This document shows, one piece after another, positions 9,789-24,253 of a stretch of DNA of 64,000 nucleotides. Both the position numbers and the translations under genes were made by a program. Below the pieces are notes generated by a model. The model saw nothing but the letters and a program-made list of their open reading frames with translations, was not told the origin of the DNA and made no database searches. The stretch spans positions 1 to 64,000 of the forward strand of contig JAXLNO010000172.1 in assembly GCA_038087875.1 (NCBI GenBank). The letters run 5' to 3'. Each line of letters begins with the position of its first letter. The first letter of the stretch is position 1. This DNA comes from Malacoraja senta (lineage: Eukaryota).

Positions 9789-12700
9789 GTAGTGTATACA
9801 GCCAAGTGCTAACATTGAGTATTTCTAAAAATAATTTTTGATAAGAACTAACCTTTTATTTTTGTATGATCTCCAACTCTGCAAGATATTTATTTTGAGT
9901 AGAACACACAACCCTATCCATCATTTCAAAGGTTTCACACTTCTACATGAAAGTTATCTAAAATCGTTACAGTTGGAACTGCTGTTTTACTTCTCCTACC
10001 CTGCCACCTCAACAGATAAATTCCACAATACCCTCATTCACTTGCGGAACTTGTCTCGTTGCTTTCTTTCAGCAGCAATTTACTCTCCTTTAGTGATCAT
10101 GTAATCATTAATTTTGCTAGTTGCTTGTTAATCAGAGGCCTATTTATTAAATGTAATTAATTGGAAAACCATTGAATCAGAATATTAAATGAATACCAGA
10201 GATTAACCAAAGGAAGAGTTACAGCAGCAACTCTCACATCAATATTTGTTAATTTTGTCCATCATACTTCGTTCCTGGAATGAAATCTGATGCAGCGAAT
10301 TCCGCATTAAACACAGACATATACCAACCCAGAACTGCCTCACCTTGAAAGGTTATTCAATTGAAAGTGCTTTCTCAGTGAATGCCAGACTGATTCACAT
10401 CCTCAAGTAAAGCAAACAAAATTTCAAAATATGGTGATGATCTCATTATTTATTTCATCTTTTCAGGTGGTGCATTGCTATTAGCTCTCTGTTTAAAGTA
10501 ATTGTGCTTAACTTCAGATTGAATTTTACGTAACATTCGATCTTCTGTTCTCAATATAGCAATGAATAATGTAGAATTTTAAACAAATTCTCAGTGCAAA
10601 AAGTCACAACACCACAGAACATTATCGTTGTGAGAAACTCATAATAATTCTTACATTGTGGATCACTAGGTTAATTATGATCTTCCTCAACAATAATAGA
10701 AGCCAAAACACTTCATCCATTTGTTCAGTATACCGTAAAATTAGCATTATGGAAGTTAGTCTCAGGAAAGGTTGTTAATATTTGATAGGAAAAGGTAACA
10801 TAATACTTTAAAAAAAATACATGACTGCTTTTATCAATGCCTGCTCATCATGCTTTTTGTTCAAGGCAGAAATGTTCCCAAATAACTTTGCAAAATAATA
10901 GTAAGCATAAATGGAAGAACGTTTTCAACATCTATATAGTCCATGTCTAGAATCCAACATATGGTTCTAGTCACCACACCCCAGAGGGAGTACATTATGA
11001 TCATGGCTGTCAATTAATCACTATTAACTTGCCAATCACATGCTCAATTACTCTGAGGCAGCATGTGGACAGGCACATCACTAGCTTTGACAGACTCTTC
11101 CCTCCTGCAGTGCCTGACCCGCTCTGCTGCAGCTCATGCAGATCTAGCCACCAGTTGGCAGCTGGAAAACAAAAGAGGTGAGATGATTCCAACAACACTA
11201 GCAACAAGTGCAGTGATCTGCTGCAGGGATTGACTTAGTCCAGCTGTACAATGCTAATATTTGGTCCCCCCTTATAAATCTTTAAATATATTAAAAGTAA
11301 AGTATGTACTAACTGGAAAATAGTATTTACTGTCTGGGCTGTTACAGACCATTATGGCAAGGTCCTCTTTATCTCTTGCACTGCAAAGCTCACAAAAATA
11401 TTGCATAATTATTTAACAGTGGGATCAAAATAATGATTAGTTGTAGTGTTTATTTTAGTCTCATGATTAATTGCAGTTTGTTTCAAGCATTTGATAACTC
11501 TAGCTAAAATAGATTATCCTTGGAAGGATTGCAGTGTAAATTTGCTGTTATGTTACTGGAATCCCAAGGGATTGAATATAAAGTGAGATTACCTAAACTA
11601 AATTTATATTTCATGAAATATGGAAATTCAAGTGTGATTTTGTGTTTGCATGAGTTTGGACAGAACAATGAGAACAGAGATAGATCACTTCCAGCGTTGT
11701 GTAAGTGCAGGATAAGCTGATATTCAAAGCCAAAGCAGAGGGTTTTATTCCAATTAGGAAACAATTATTCATGCAGTGTTTGGAAATATAGAATTCTTTA
11801 ACACAAATAAAACAATAGATAAACAATTAATTGAGGATTGTATGCTTTTGTTGGACCAGTTAGTAACTGAATGTGGACACAGGTAAGGTAAATAGAGGCA
11901 TTTTACAATTTGACCATCATCTCAATGGATGGTGACTTAGGCATGAGAACCTGGATGATCTCTTGTCCAAGTTGTAGTTTCTCAGTCCAACTATAAAACA
12001 ATTCCGCAACATTTTTTGTTAAGACTCTGGTGTAGGTCTTCAACTGAATCAGGGACAAGAGTCCATACATGATACCTGATACAATTTAGTATAATGTAAC
12101 TCGTCTCGTCAAACAGTTTTCCTTTCCTTGTTATTAGGCTATTTGTTGCATGTATATTTGTTTTTATTAATGTTCAACATATTTCTCAGGAGTCCCCACT
12201 CCCAAAATTTGAGGTCAATTACACCCTAAAAGAAAAGCGACAGAAAACATTCAACTCACTATCTTACTATGAGTTTTGTTTTTGTCCAAAAATGCTGATG
12301 AAAGACATTTCAGATACTCCTCTGTGGATGTGGTGGGAACCTTTTGAACTGCTTCAGAAATATTCTAGTGCAGCATGTAAGGACACTACAGTCATTTAGA
12401 TCTATGTTGGAGTGAGAAAGAATCTCAAGGGATCCCTCTTGAACATTATTCAACTGTCACTGCTTTAAATGCCTATATATGGACTGTGGCTGAAGCCAAA
12501 TTTGATGGAGAACTGTAACCAGTATTTGATACCTTCCAACAAAATTTCTGCAATGTTATACTCTTCTTATGACAAAGGGTGTTTATTTTATTTAGACCAA
12601 GGTGAGGATCTGACAGATCAATTTCCCTTTATCAAGTCACATTTCTTTTTTTTCACTTCCTTCTACGTATTTCCTCATCATTCACTGGGGAAGGATTTAA

Positions 12701-12819
12701 CAATGGGAGGTGAAGGGTGTATGGGTGACCAGTGGAAGACCAGGTCCTTTCTTAAGGTCTTATTGACGTGCATTATTCAATAGAAGTGCCTGATGCAATT
12801 GTCAGCTCTGGACAAGCAC

Positions 12820-12993
12820 AAAATTTCAAGAGAGAGTTAGATTTAGCTCTTAGGGCTAAAGGAATCAAGGGATATGGGGAAAAAGCAGGAACGGGGTACT
12901 GATTTTAGATGATCAGCCATGATCATATTGAATGGCAGTGCTGGCTCGAAAGCTGAATGGCCTACTCCTGCACCTATTTTTCTACGTTTCTAT
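12820..12993 (+). mobile_element. CR1 3' end fragment
   Basis: TTCAAGAGAGAGTTAGATTTAGCTCTTAGGGCTAAAGGAATCAAGGGATATGGGG...CCTACTCCTGCACCTATTTTTCTA; nearly identical to 57797-57960. Confidence 0.85.
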
Positions 12994-13317
12994 GAGCCCT
13001 TGAAGTGACCCGTTCAGGGTATATCAGGTCCCCCTGGATTGTAACATACGATGTAATATACTTACCTCCTCTGGGGCAATGTCATTATTTTATTATTGGT
13101 CATCCATAATGAATACCTGACCAAGCATCAATTAAACTATCTTGGTGGCTGTTAAACTATCTTAGTACCTGAGTGTACTCCATCTAAACACAATTCGCAT
13201 TAATTAGTGAGGCTCCTGGTTCACTTAGGTATCCAGCACAATGTTTTGAAGATGGTAGAGGAATGTGAATGAGACAATGTCTGTCATTGTCTTAACACAA
13301 CATCTAGTTCATTCTGA

Positions 13318-13435
13318 AATTGTGCGCCGATCAACTCACCATTGTCTTCGCCAACATCTTCAATGTCTCACTTCATCAATCTACTGTCCTCATCTGCTTC
13401 AAAGAAACTTCTATCATTCCAGTTCTCAACAAAGA
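13318..13435 (+). mobile_element. Rex-Babar RT fragment
   Basis: CADQLTIVFANIFNVSLHQSTVLICFKETSIIPV aligns with CADQLAGVFTDIFNLSL...PTCFKRASIIP of the larger Rex copies. Confidence 0.7.
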
Positions 13436-15164
13436 CTACATACCAACTCTTGTCCATGCAGTACTAACACTACATTGTACACACTTGCATAGTCTGTCAC
13501 CTCTTTTTGTACTCTTTGGAAATACTTGATAGAAATTTTACAAGTGATCGTTGTGGACAAATAACGTTCTCTGCTGTGCATTAGTAAAACTTCTGCAGAC
13601 CAATTATCAATACATTCGTTTCTGCCTTTGGCTGATATTCTTAGAAGATCATTACTCCATTTCCTAAGGCCAGTGGTATAATTTGCCATGCTTTTAAACC
13701 TTTAAAGTATTGCAACACAGGCTCTGCTGTGATTTGCTTCCTTAACCTAGTTGATTACTTACATAGTTTCACATCCTTTTGGATCGGCTGTCTGAGTAGC
13801 TCATACAGATGGGGCAGGATCTTACTCCAATAATTGACTGACCCCAGAAGGCAGCAACCATCAGGCCCAGCCTTCTGGATCAATCTTTAGGTTATCCATG
13901 GTGATCCAAGGAGCCAATGAGGAAGACTACCTTCATTTTCAAGATCCATTTTTGCTCGATCATCAACAGTTCTTAAAGTGTACAACAGCCAGGCATAAAT
14001 TAATTTCTTGACATTAATTTTCTCATAAACATAAGATGTCCTGCACCACAGGATTTGCATGAGAAAAACATATTCTGTTCTTTGTCCTGTTGCATATTCC
14101 TTTCTTTCTCTCCTGGCTTCTCCACTTTTTCATTGAAAATTATGTGCCAAAATTATATAAAAGTGTAAGTATATATGCTCAACATGAGGTATTTCTCATG
14201 CTAATACTATATTTTGATTGATTTTTCTTTTTTACTTTATTTGCTGACTTATTTTCATGTTATAAGAGATGGACATTAAATGCTAAAATTACCCAAAGCC
14301 TATGTCCTATGGATAAGGAAAACAAATTGTGCAACTAGGTTGTATGAAAATTGCAACTGCATGTAGCATAAGAGTATCTGTTAAAGCTGTGGTTCAGTTC
14401 AATTTTTATTTCTACGTTTTGTTTTGTTTAGTAAAACATTATGAAAAATTGCTAAAGAATATTCACTCAGAATGGGCACATTAGGTTCTTTTACTAATAA
14501 TTCTAGGTTGATATTGCACAATTGGCATGAGCTGAAATGAAAAGCTTTGCATAACTATATAATCATATTGGATTCTTTTAATTTTAAAATTGCTAAATGA
14601 AGAGTGATTATCACAACAAGAGGAGCTGATCTACTTTGTGCTCAGTTTCTGCAATTTATATGGAACCAATTCTAATCCAATGTTATGAATCTCCGCTGCT
14701 GGATATGTATATTATCCATATTTGATTAACAATTAAAGCATCGGAAACTAACAATCAATCGTATCATTCATATTTGTTTCCCAGAAGTATGTTTGAATTT
14801 GAATATCGAGATTTTGTTGATTTTTTTGATATAATTCTTATAATTATTTATTCAGCATTTTAAGTTTGCTGCCAGGCAGCAGAGATTTAGCTTTTGCCTG
14901 AAGCAGATGTCTAATCATGGATCTTAAAGTGAATAAAAAATTATAATCAAGATAAAATATTTTTTTCAATTTAATATTTGTTCCCAAAAAACAGGTGCTG
15001 GGTGTGCTTTGTAAAAATTGATGAGTGAGTCAAAACTGTGCTTGGCATAGTGTGCTGGGAGCATTATTGTAACATAATTTCTCAATGAAAAATGGGTTAA
15101 GTTGTAGCTGTACCGTTTCATTCTTTTCAGGTTAACCTATATATATATATATATCTATTTACAG

Positions 15165-15310
15165 GGCTGCTAGTTCTGAGGGATCTGGGGATACAAGTGG
15201 AACGCTACATTGCATCCGAAGTCTGTGATGATTCCATCACAGTGGGTATGGTCCGACACCAGGGGAAGATCATGTATGTGGGAGATGTTCGAAATGTTAC
15301 TCGCAAACAT
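15165..15310 (+). CDS. DNMT3A: DNMT3A exon equivalent to human exon 17 (146 nt); motifs II-III
   Basis: tttacag|GG...AAACAT|gtacgt; translates [48 protein letters not shown], which is DNMT3A-type ([15 protein letters not shown]). Confidence 0.97.
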
Positions 15311-18300
15311 GTACGTGAATACTTTTGAATATTGATTCCATGCATCTGTATCTGGAAGTAAATTTTCTTGTACATCGGTATTTGCTAAACAAAAAAAAAA
15401 GATTTGGTTTTGCAAGTATTTTCAAATATGATTTAAATATCTGATGCAGGTTGCAGCTTCAATATTTGAATGCTTTTTTTTAAAGCAAAATTTGATGCTG
15501 ATGGAAAGAATAAGACAGGTGATGCCAAATGTTTGTCCAAAACCAATGATATTTGGTTGTAAAGAGATTTGTAGAAGAGGCAAAAGAGTTTTAAAAAATA
15601 AATTTTGGAGTTCAGTGCTGAGGTAGAGATATGTAAACTCTGAAGTTCATTTACAAATTTAAAGGAAACATGGTATCAACAAATTCAAATAAGTAAATTA
15701 ATAACGCTGCTTGCGCTTTGTGGTTTGATAAAAGATTTAACTGATAATTCAACTTAAATGATTTTGAAATAGGATGAACGCCATTATTTGGATGCTCCAA
15801 ATCCAAATCAAAAATAATTCAATTGTCTGAATTGGATATTTTTGGATTTCAGATTTGGTTTGAAGCTCAAACATTAGCAAGATGCTCAAGAGAGAAAAGG
15901 ATTTGGGATGAATGATTATTCAAAACCATTTCTTCAATTAACTGCACTCCCTGGCTTGGTGATTAGATGCCTTAATTCTCCAGTAATTGGTTTAAGAAAC
16001 TTTAAAGTAAATTTAAATAATTCTGATTATCTATGGCAGGTGACTGATAGCTCAATGCAAACCAGTAAATTCAAGTTTACAATAACTTGGACGAGAGCTC
16101 GGTATCATCCTCAGCATATGCCTTAATTTTACAAAGCATAGTTCACAGTAGGAGGTAAAACTAGATAAAAAATGTTCATCTGCTTGTGGTGCTGAAAAAC
16201 ACTTTGCAGAGTCACACTATTTTGGTTTAAAAGTAAACCAAATCTCTACAGGCATGGACATGTGGTGCTTGGACATGTAGTCAGCCATGTAGCCAGATTA
16301 GTATTTGGATTCGGTGAGTTCAAAAATTGATTTTGAAGCTTGCTGTACGGTCCATTTGGCTGTAACATGATGTTTGATTCACCATATTGAAATCATACAG
16401 TTAAAATGCACAGCTGTGCCCACCAGATATATCTAGAAATGTCAAACGATGCAAATGCCACAATGCCAGCACTGGCATTTTAGACTTCAGTACTCCAGTT
16501 AAAGTTTTTTGTAACCTGAGCTGCTGCACAAGTGATTAACAGCAGAAAGGAACCCCCTTCTCTCCATCCCTCCAGCAACACTCATACATAAAAGTGGCAC
16601 ATAGGGAACATCCATTACTTTCATTCCATCTCTTCTTGTGGTTTCACATATTTGTGTTGATTCGGTGCTTTCTAAAGTTTGTCAGAAAGCAGAGTATGGC
16701 AGAAGAAGGACTCCACAGGATGTGTGCTCAGAAGAGCCGTTGCTACAACCTCAGAGCAGGAAGAGGCCCCATTGCTAGTGGCTCACAAGGTGATTGTGGC
16801 TGTGAACTTTCTGCATCAGACTCCTCACACTGAAACTGATGATATGAACAATGTATCTCCATGTTCTTTCCACTGATAACTTGAAAACTCTGATTGAAAG
16901 AAAAATGACAGTGAGAGGAAACAAAACAAGCATGCAGTTTTGCAAAGATTTCTGGACTCCCTCAGATTTAGAATCAGTATGTTTGCTTCATAGAAATATG
17001 GTATCCATCAGAAAATCATTTTATTATCCACAACTAGTTGCACATTTAAGTGCGTAGAAGACAGTCGGAGCCAAATGGATATTGGTTGCCAGCGCTCACA
17101 GGGACCAACAACAGTGACAAATCACCTGCTCTTCGCTAAATGCAAAGTGGGTAAAAAATATATTTGTGAATACTTTGCCTGGGTGACCTTTCTGACACTA
17201 CATTGAGTAGAAAATTAGTGGACCTGGTAGCATCCGCAGCGGCTACTGAAAATATCCTGAGGTGAGGAAGTTGTGTTGATCCGATCTTATCCTCCAGATT
17301 GAGAGCTGTCCAGTCATCGGACTGGGTTATAGGTCTTCACACAAAGCTTCACAACCCTCAGTGATAATAGCCCTGAAAAATGTGAGCCCATTGATGTATT
17401 GTTCATTTCAGAGGGCTAGGTGGCATGTAGTATCTCTGACGACTGTGTATAAATTGGTGGATGCGCACAACATTACCCCCTGACCCAAGGTTTCCGACCC
17501 ACCTGACTTGGCCATCAATTTCCATAAAGTTGCTTCCAGTAAAGAACTCCTGGCGGCAGAGTCATCACCAAGCTCCTCTCAACAGGTGCACACTGGAAAG
17601 GATGTACCTTCTGATCCAATTTACAGATTAAAACATCCGTTCCTGCTTTTGTAACTTTTTTATCCTTTCAATATTTGGAGTGGTTTGCTGTGATTAGTAT
17701 TTAGCCAAGTAATCCCCAGCGCTCCTGATCTGCTACCTTAAATTACTTGCAAGCACTTCCTCCTGACTCGGTAAACGTTTTCCCTCTCCTCCAGTGGACC
17801 CTGGCACTGGAAAGCAGCTTCAGATATAATTAACTAAATGTTAAACTTGTCTCCCACAGCAACTCTCCCTTGGATCTCACTCCCCCTCCATCGGTGTAAC
17901 CAGGGCCCCATTACTCCTCTAAGCTAAACACCAAAACTCAATAGTACCTCGATCAGCGAGTACAGATCTCCACCCTCCCTGATGCTCCAGCACTGCTATC
18001 AAAGTCCTAGTTCCCATGACTAACCCTCTCTGCCCACTCCCCCTTAATCTCCACTTCCAGAAACAATAAATAGGACTCCTGATTTAGCTGAGATGGAGAC
18101 CCACACTCTCTCCAGTACAGATCGTCTGTATAATGGTGTTAGAGCATGTCTGGTGTGCAAAGCTGTTGCAATTACATATGAGCAATGCTTCTGCCCATTG
18201 GAATTTTACAGCAGTGGACTATCAAAAAAAAATCATTGGCCTAGCGTGTATCAACTATTGTCCATGACTTTCCAAGTGATGAAGAATTTCCAGTTGACCA

Positions 18301-18607
18301 TGTCGAAGCACCTTAGGTTGTATTGATATATTCATATCATAAGAATTGATTTGTACAGGTGTCTGAGGTTATGGGGAGAAAGCAGGAGAATGGGGTTAGG
18401 AGGGAGATTAGACTTGATGGACCGAATGGCCTAATTCTGCTCCTATTCCTTATGACCTGAAGAGCACAGATTCTATCTGTGTTATCTTTCCAGAAAATCT
18501 CTATACATACAAAAATAAAACCGTGATCAGAAAATCATTTATATGGTGCTAGAATGGAACAGCTCAGTTTGCAAAGCTATAGCCAGTTAATTAGTATTAT
18601 TTAATAA

Positions 18608-18742
<135 letters not shown>

Positions 18743-18861
18743 TAATCTTGATTATTGGCAGTTGTTCACCTCATTCACCTCACTTCAATTAGTCCAACTA
18801 TTTGAAGTGTTTATTATTTCATGACTTAAGTCTCCTCCTTAGCTCGGCAAATGGCTTGATT

Positions 18862-20925
18862 AATGAATGAATGAATGAATACTTTATTTGTCATTATAAC
18901 ATGTAAACATGTACAACGAAATTAAAAAATGCCAACCAGTCAGCGCATCATTCACACATTTTCTAAAAGCAAAAGTCTAAAATAAACAACTAAAATAAAT
19001 AACATGAAAAAAAACATTCTTCTGTCGATTTCACAGTCCCTTTGGTGTGTAGCACACCTGCACTCATTTGGTGGCTACATTAAGTGTAGTTATTGCTGTG
19101 GGATAAAAACTGTTTTTGAGTCTGTTTGTCCTTGTCCTCATTGATCTGTACCGTCTGCCTGACGGCAACAGTTCAAACAGGGAGTGACCAGGGTGGAAAA
19201 TGTCCCTTATGATGTTCTGGGATTTTTTGAGACAGTGGGAACTGTGTAAGTCCTCCAAGGTGATGAGAGGGCAGCCGATAATCTTCTGGGCGTTGTCAAT
19301 AGCCCTCTGGAGCGCTTTCCTCTTAGCTGCTGTGCAGCTGGTGTACCACACGCATACACAGTATGTTAAGATGCTCTCTATTGAGCACCGATAAAAGGAT
19401 AGCAGCAGTCTCTGGGTGATGTTGTTCTTCCTGAGCACCCTCAGGAAGTACAGTCTCTGCTGGACCCTTTTCAGCAGCGCAGAGGTGTTCACGCTCCGTC
19501 AGGTCCTCCTCAATGTGGATTCCCAGGAAGCGGAAGTCCGCCACCCTCTCCACACAGTCCCCTCTGATAATTAGTGGTGTAATGTCCGTTTTCTTCCTGT
19601 AATCTATTATGAGCTCCTTGGTCTTTGAGGTGTTGAGGAGCAGGTTATTTTCTCCACACCACCCTGTCAGCTGCTCCACTTCATCCCTGTATGCGTACTC
19701 ATCCCCCCCAGAGATGAGCCCCACCACCGTGGTGTCATCCGCGAATTTGACAATGGTGTTACTGTGGTGGGCGGGGGTGCAGTCATATATGTAGATGGTG
19801 TAAAGCAGGGGGCTCAGCACGCAGCCCTGTGGAGAGCCGGTACTGAGGCTGAGGGCCGTAGATGTGTGATGGCCCACTCTGACTCTCTGACTGCGACCAG
19901 ACAGGAAGCTCTTTATCCACATACAGGTGGAGTGTGGAAGTCCCAGGTCCCCCAGTTTGTCCACCAGTTTGTGGGGAAGAATGGTGTTAAAAGCAGAGCT
20001 GTAGTCCACAAAGAGCATCCGCACGTAGCTCCCCGCTGCTCCAGAAGTGACAGTGCAGCATGGAGGGCTGTGGCTACAGCATCCTCTGTGGATCTATTCG
20101 CTCTATACGCAAACTGGTGGGGGTCAAAGCTTCGGGGCAGGAGTGATGTGATGTGACCCCGGACCAGTTTTTCAAAGCACTTCATCACCACTGGTGTGAG
20201 TGCGATTGGCCGGTAGTCGTTGAGGCTGGAAATGTGGGTTTTTTGGGGCAAAGGGACTATGGTGGAGGACTTCAGACAGGATGGGACAGTGGACTGGGCC
20301 AGAGACTGGTTGAAAATCCTCGTAAAGACTCCAGCCAGCTGGTCTGCGCAGTCCTTCAGCACGCGTCCAGAAACGCCGTCGGGTCCAGCAGCCTTCCTCG
20401 GATTGATGGCCCGCAGCGTGCGCCTCACCTCATGCTCCTCTATTTTGAGGGATAAGCTGCTGTGGACCATGTGGTGTGATATGGCTGTCTCTGGTGGCTC
20501 CACTTCAAAGCGAGCAAAGAAGAGGTTCAGCTCCTCTGCCAACGAGGCGTCACCTTCAGCAGCTCCAAGGTTGGTCTTGTAGTTGGTAAGATACTGGATC
20601 CCCTGCCACACCTGCCTGCTGTTGTTACTGTCCAGGTGGTCCTCTATCCTCCTCCTGTAGTCTGATTTGGCCTCTCTGATGCCTCTCTTCAGGTTAGCTC
20701 GGGCCGTGCTGTATAAAGCCCTATCGCCAGACCTAAAAACGGTGTTCCTCTCTTTTAACAGCCGCTGGACCTCCCGGGTCATCCAGGGCTTCTGGTTGGG
20801 GTAGACCCGGATGCGTTTGTCCACTGTGACAGTGTCCATGCAGTTTTTAATGTAACATAGTACACTGTCTGTGAACACCTCCAGGTCCTGGTGTTCAAAC
20901 ACATCCCAGTTGGTCCTGTCGAAGT
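18862..20925 (-). mobile_element. Rex-Babar LINE (second family), 5'-truncated, few disablements
   Basis: ORFs 19913-20902, 19323-20024 and 19064-19492 carry [32 protein letters not shown] and [10 protein letters not shown]. (TCAT)n tail at 18862-18880. Confidence 0.93.
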
Positions 20926-23039
20926 CCTCATTGAATCAACTAATGCTTCAAAATATTACTTGGGGTAAAGGATTTCATGTTCCAGTCTGATGTGGATTTT
21001 AATTGTTTAAGGAGAAAGAGCAATAGTTTATCCAAAGATGCCAATTACAAACTGATCTGAATGTATCAGAGATGTCATGTTGTCAATGCAAATTAAGTTG
21101 ATTTTGCTCATCAAGGAAGAAAATTTATGCTGATTTTTTTCAAAACTCTATTCAAAAATTAAAATTTGCTATTCACCTTATTAAATTTAGTTAAGTTATC
21201 GAGGAGTTCATCAGTTTTCTTGTTGGGACATATTCCAAAATATGTATCTTTTTTCGTATCGGAATTTCTTGCAATAAGTTGTACCATAATTCATAAGATT
21301 CACCAAAATGGCAAAGTCAGCTGTATGCACAGAGCTTGCACATAGTGCAGGTATGTGTCATGAATCATGTGATACAGCACGGAAACAGGCCATCCAGCCC
21401 TGGTCGTCCATGATGACCAAGATGCCCCATCTAAACTACTACATCCATAAATGCTGCTGTTTCTGCCGAGTTTCTCCAGCAGATCGCTTGTTGCTCTAGA
21501 TGCTGCAGTCTCTTAGATGTCCATGCAAGTGACAGCTCTTTATACCATCTGTATACTCAATTCAGTTCTGAGGCCACCTTCTCCTCTGCCCCGGTTATCA
21601 ATGTTTCAACGCATTCTTTAAGTTATTGTTCACATTACAGGAAATGGATATCTTTGAACTTGATGATTGCAAATATCATGGTCTTCCACAACAGCTGTTT
21701 GATATTATCTTACTCAAAAGCTGCATGCCCATTCTTGACCTGAAGGGAAAAGGGCATAAGCTTAGAGTAGTGATAAAGGAAAGGCTGCAAGATAGCCATA
21801 CGGTAAACACCATTTTCATAGTACATCAGCAGAGATTACAGGACTTGTGAAACGTTATCTCACCTGTAGTGGTCCCTGTGTTGCAACTAACTTTGAGTTC
21901 CAACATTGGTTAGCATTGTGACTCTCAGAAAAGCCGGTTGTTGAAACTACACATTTGCACCACTGGTTTTGTGTTGTGAGTGGTACTTTACATCATTTTT
22001 TCCATTACTAGGTTGGATTTTAATTGACAGAGATAGTCAGGGAGTAATGAAGGTGTAACGTCCAGAGCAATGTGTGAGGCTAGTGGGGCTGTACTTGGAC
22101 GATTAAATATGATAATGTATACATTGATCTTGACCATACTTGCCCAGTCGTTCAAAAAAGCAGTGTGTTCATATGCATGGAGATTGGCTTCTCACATTCA
22201 CCCAAGTTGCTGCATTTTCCTTCTGCCGCTTTGAATGTTGACACAGAGGACTGCCTGGACCTCTCTTCCCTTCACCACATTTTCGCACAAAAAATCCAAA
22301 GGTATCAGAATATCAGAGTGGCCATTCTTGCATGTGCAAAGGCACATTGGATTCCATTGGTTGAAGCCACTGAACAAATCTCCTTTGCAAGGTCCCAGCT
22401 TATTATGAGCACTGCTATCTATCATAAACTGCACCAATAAATTGGCTGTTTGAATGTATGCTAAGGCAATCACGATCATGTTATTCACTAAATTCCTATT
22501 CACTAAATTTCACTATTCACCAAAATCCTGTTGACAGATTTTGTATACAGCTTGCACAAGGTCTAAAGGACAAGCATTAATTGTGCATCATGATGACAGC
22601 ATCCATTTTCCAGCACATTTCAACTTAGCGCCAGAAGCAATCTTGACAGCATTTTTATCTAAGATATTTCAAATGGTAATTGCAGTGTGAAGTGTTTTCT
22701 CACATTAATCTTTCAATAAGCTAAGTGGCAAACCAGATGTTATTGATTAATAAAACTTCAGTTAATACTTTGCCGCAAAAAATCAATACTCTTTCTAAAT
22801 ATCTTGTATCTACTGTCATTTCTCCAGTGGCTGTGCAGGAGATTCTTTATAGTGTTCTACATAGCAACTGGAGCAATGAAGATGATTGATAGGAAAAATA
22901 AATTATTGCAGACATTTAAATAATCATTGTGCTATGTTTTGTTCTTTGTTCTAACTTTATTCATCTTGCTAAAATCTTCCATGATGGTGCATACTTGGTT
23001 AAAGGTTGAACGTTGTGGCATTAATATTTATGCAAATAA

Positions 23040-23570
23040 ACCAGAGTAGAGTGGGTTGAGGAGAGAGTAGGAGGATGAGAGCGGCGACTGGAAATTGTGA
23101 AACATCTAGTTTCTGTGAGGGGTTTTTGCTCTTTTTTTCTAACCACAATTATCTATATTGATTGACGGGCTTTGAGCTGAAAATCCTAGGAATACCGAGG
23201 GCATAGTGGACAAGTCTGTCTCTGCCAATCAGGAGGCATTATGGGTTTAATGAATGAGAGATGGTGTTATTTAAAACCTGGAATGGGGTTGGTATGGGGG
23301 TGCTGGGAGTGGGTTGGGAGAGGTTAGGACATTGAATGAGTTGGTCAGAGCAGGAATTAGGACCAAAATGAGAGCTCCAAGAAAGATCACCAAATTTGCG
23401 GGAAAGATAATAGGAGAAAAAGTATGGGGAACAAATGTTTGTGGAAGTCTGGAGATGAAGAATAAGATTATGGTGGAAGTCTGGCAGGAGTCTGGGTTTG
23501 ATTGGTACAAATAGCAGGTAATTAAGAGAGAGCAGAGGAAAGATGTCAGAATATGGTATGGGGTTGGCTG
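23040..23570 (-). mobile_element. Old, decayed L2-like fragment
   Basis: Purine-rich plus strand. The minus strand retains TTCATCTCCAGACT (F-I-S-R-L, the L2 C-terminal motif). Confidence 0.45.
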
Positions 23571-24104
23571 ATCAAGTATACAGTATTCACGGGACTGACT
23601 TTTAGCTCCATTTCTCCCATTTGTTTTTGCCTCTCTCTGTCTGTTGGATATCTTGAGACCAAGGAAACCACAATTTTGAATTTAAATAGCTGCTGAAATC
23701 CGAGTAACATAATATAAAGGAGGCTCATTTCCAGAGAGGGATAAATAATGTCCCAAAATTGAAGGAGGCACATTTGGGATGAATTAGGGCTAAATATTGC
23801 AAATTTCACATTTAATCTCCACCAGATCTATGATTTTGAACTTCTCGTCATGAAGGCATAGGTTTACCCCACATATATCTGTAGCATCCCTGCTTATTGT
23901 AAAATACATTCACACGATTTGTCTTCAAATTCAATACTGAAATCCCATGTTGATAATTAAATCCCTTGGCCGTGACAGAATTTAAGGCTGAGATACTATT
24001 TCCTGTGGCATTGTGGTAGATCCCAGATCTGTTGAGACATAACAAGTACATGGAATGTGTTTCTGATGATTTAAGGTGCCCAATATTTTTAATTTACTTT
24101 ACAG

Positions 24105-24253
24105 AAGGCACAGGCCGCCTGTTTTTTGAGTTCTACCGCCTTCTTCATGAAACAAGACCCAAAGAAGGAGACAACAGGCCATTTTTCTGGCTGTTTGAAA
24201 ATGTGGTGGCAATGGGAGTCAGTGACAAGAGGGACATCTCGCGCTTTCTAGAG
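24105..24253 (+). CDS. DNMT3A: DNMT3A exon equivalent to human exon 19 (149 nt); motif VI (ENV)
   Basis: tttacag|AA...GAG|gtatgt; translates [50 protein letters not shown]. Confidence 0.98.

Noticed and set aside
16560..17590. Possible old RTE-like element on the minus strand
   Set aside because: Only faint resemblance to RTE 5' ends; too decayed to support by eye.
24101..24107. NAGNAG (CAGAAG) tandem acceptor at the exon-19 equivalent
   Set aside because: The proximal CAG gives the conserved exon size. AAG is a weak acceptor and its use would delete a conserved Glu.
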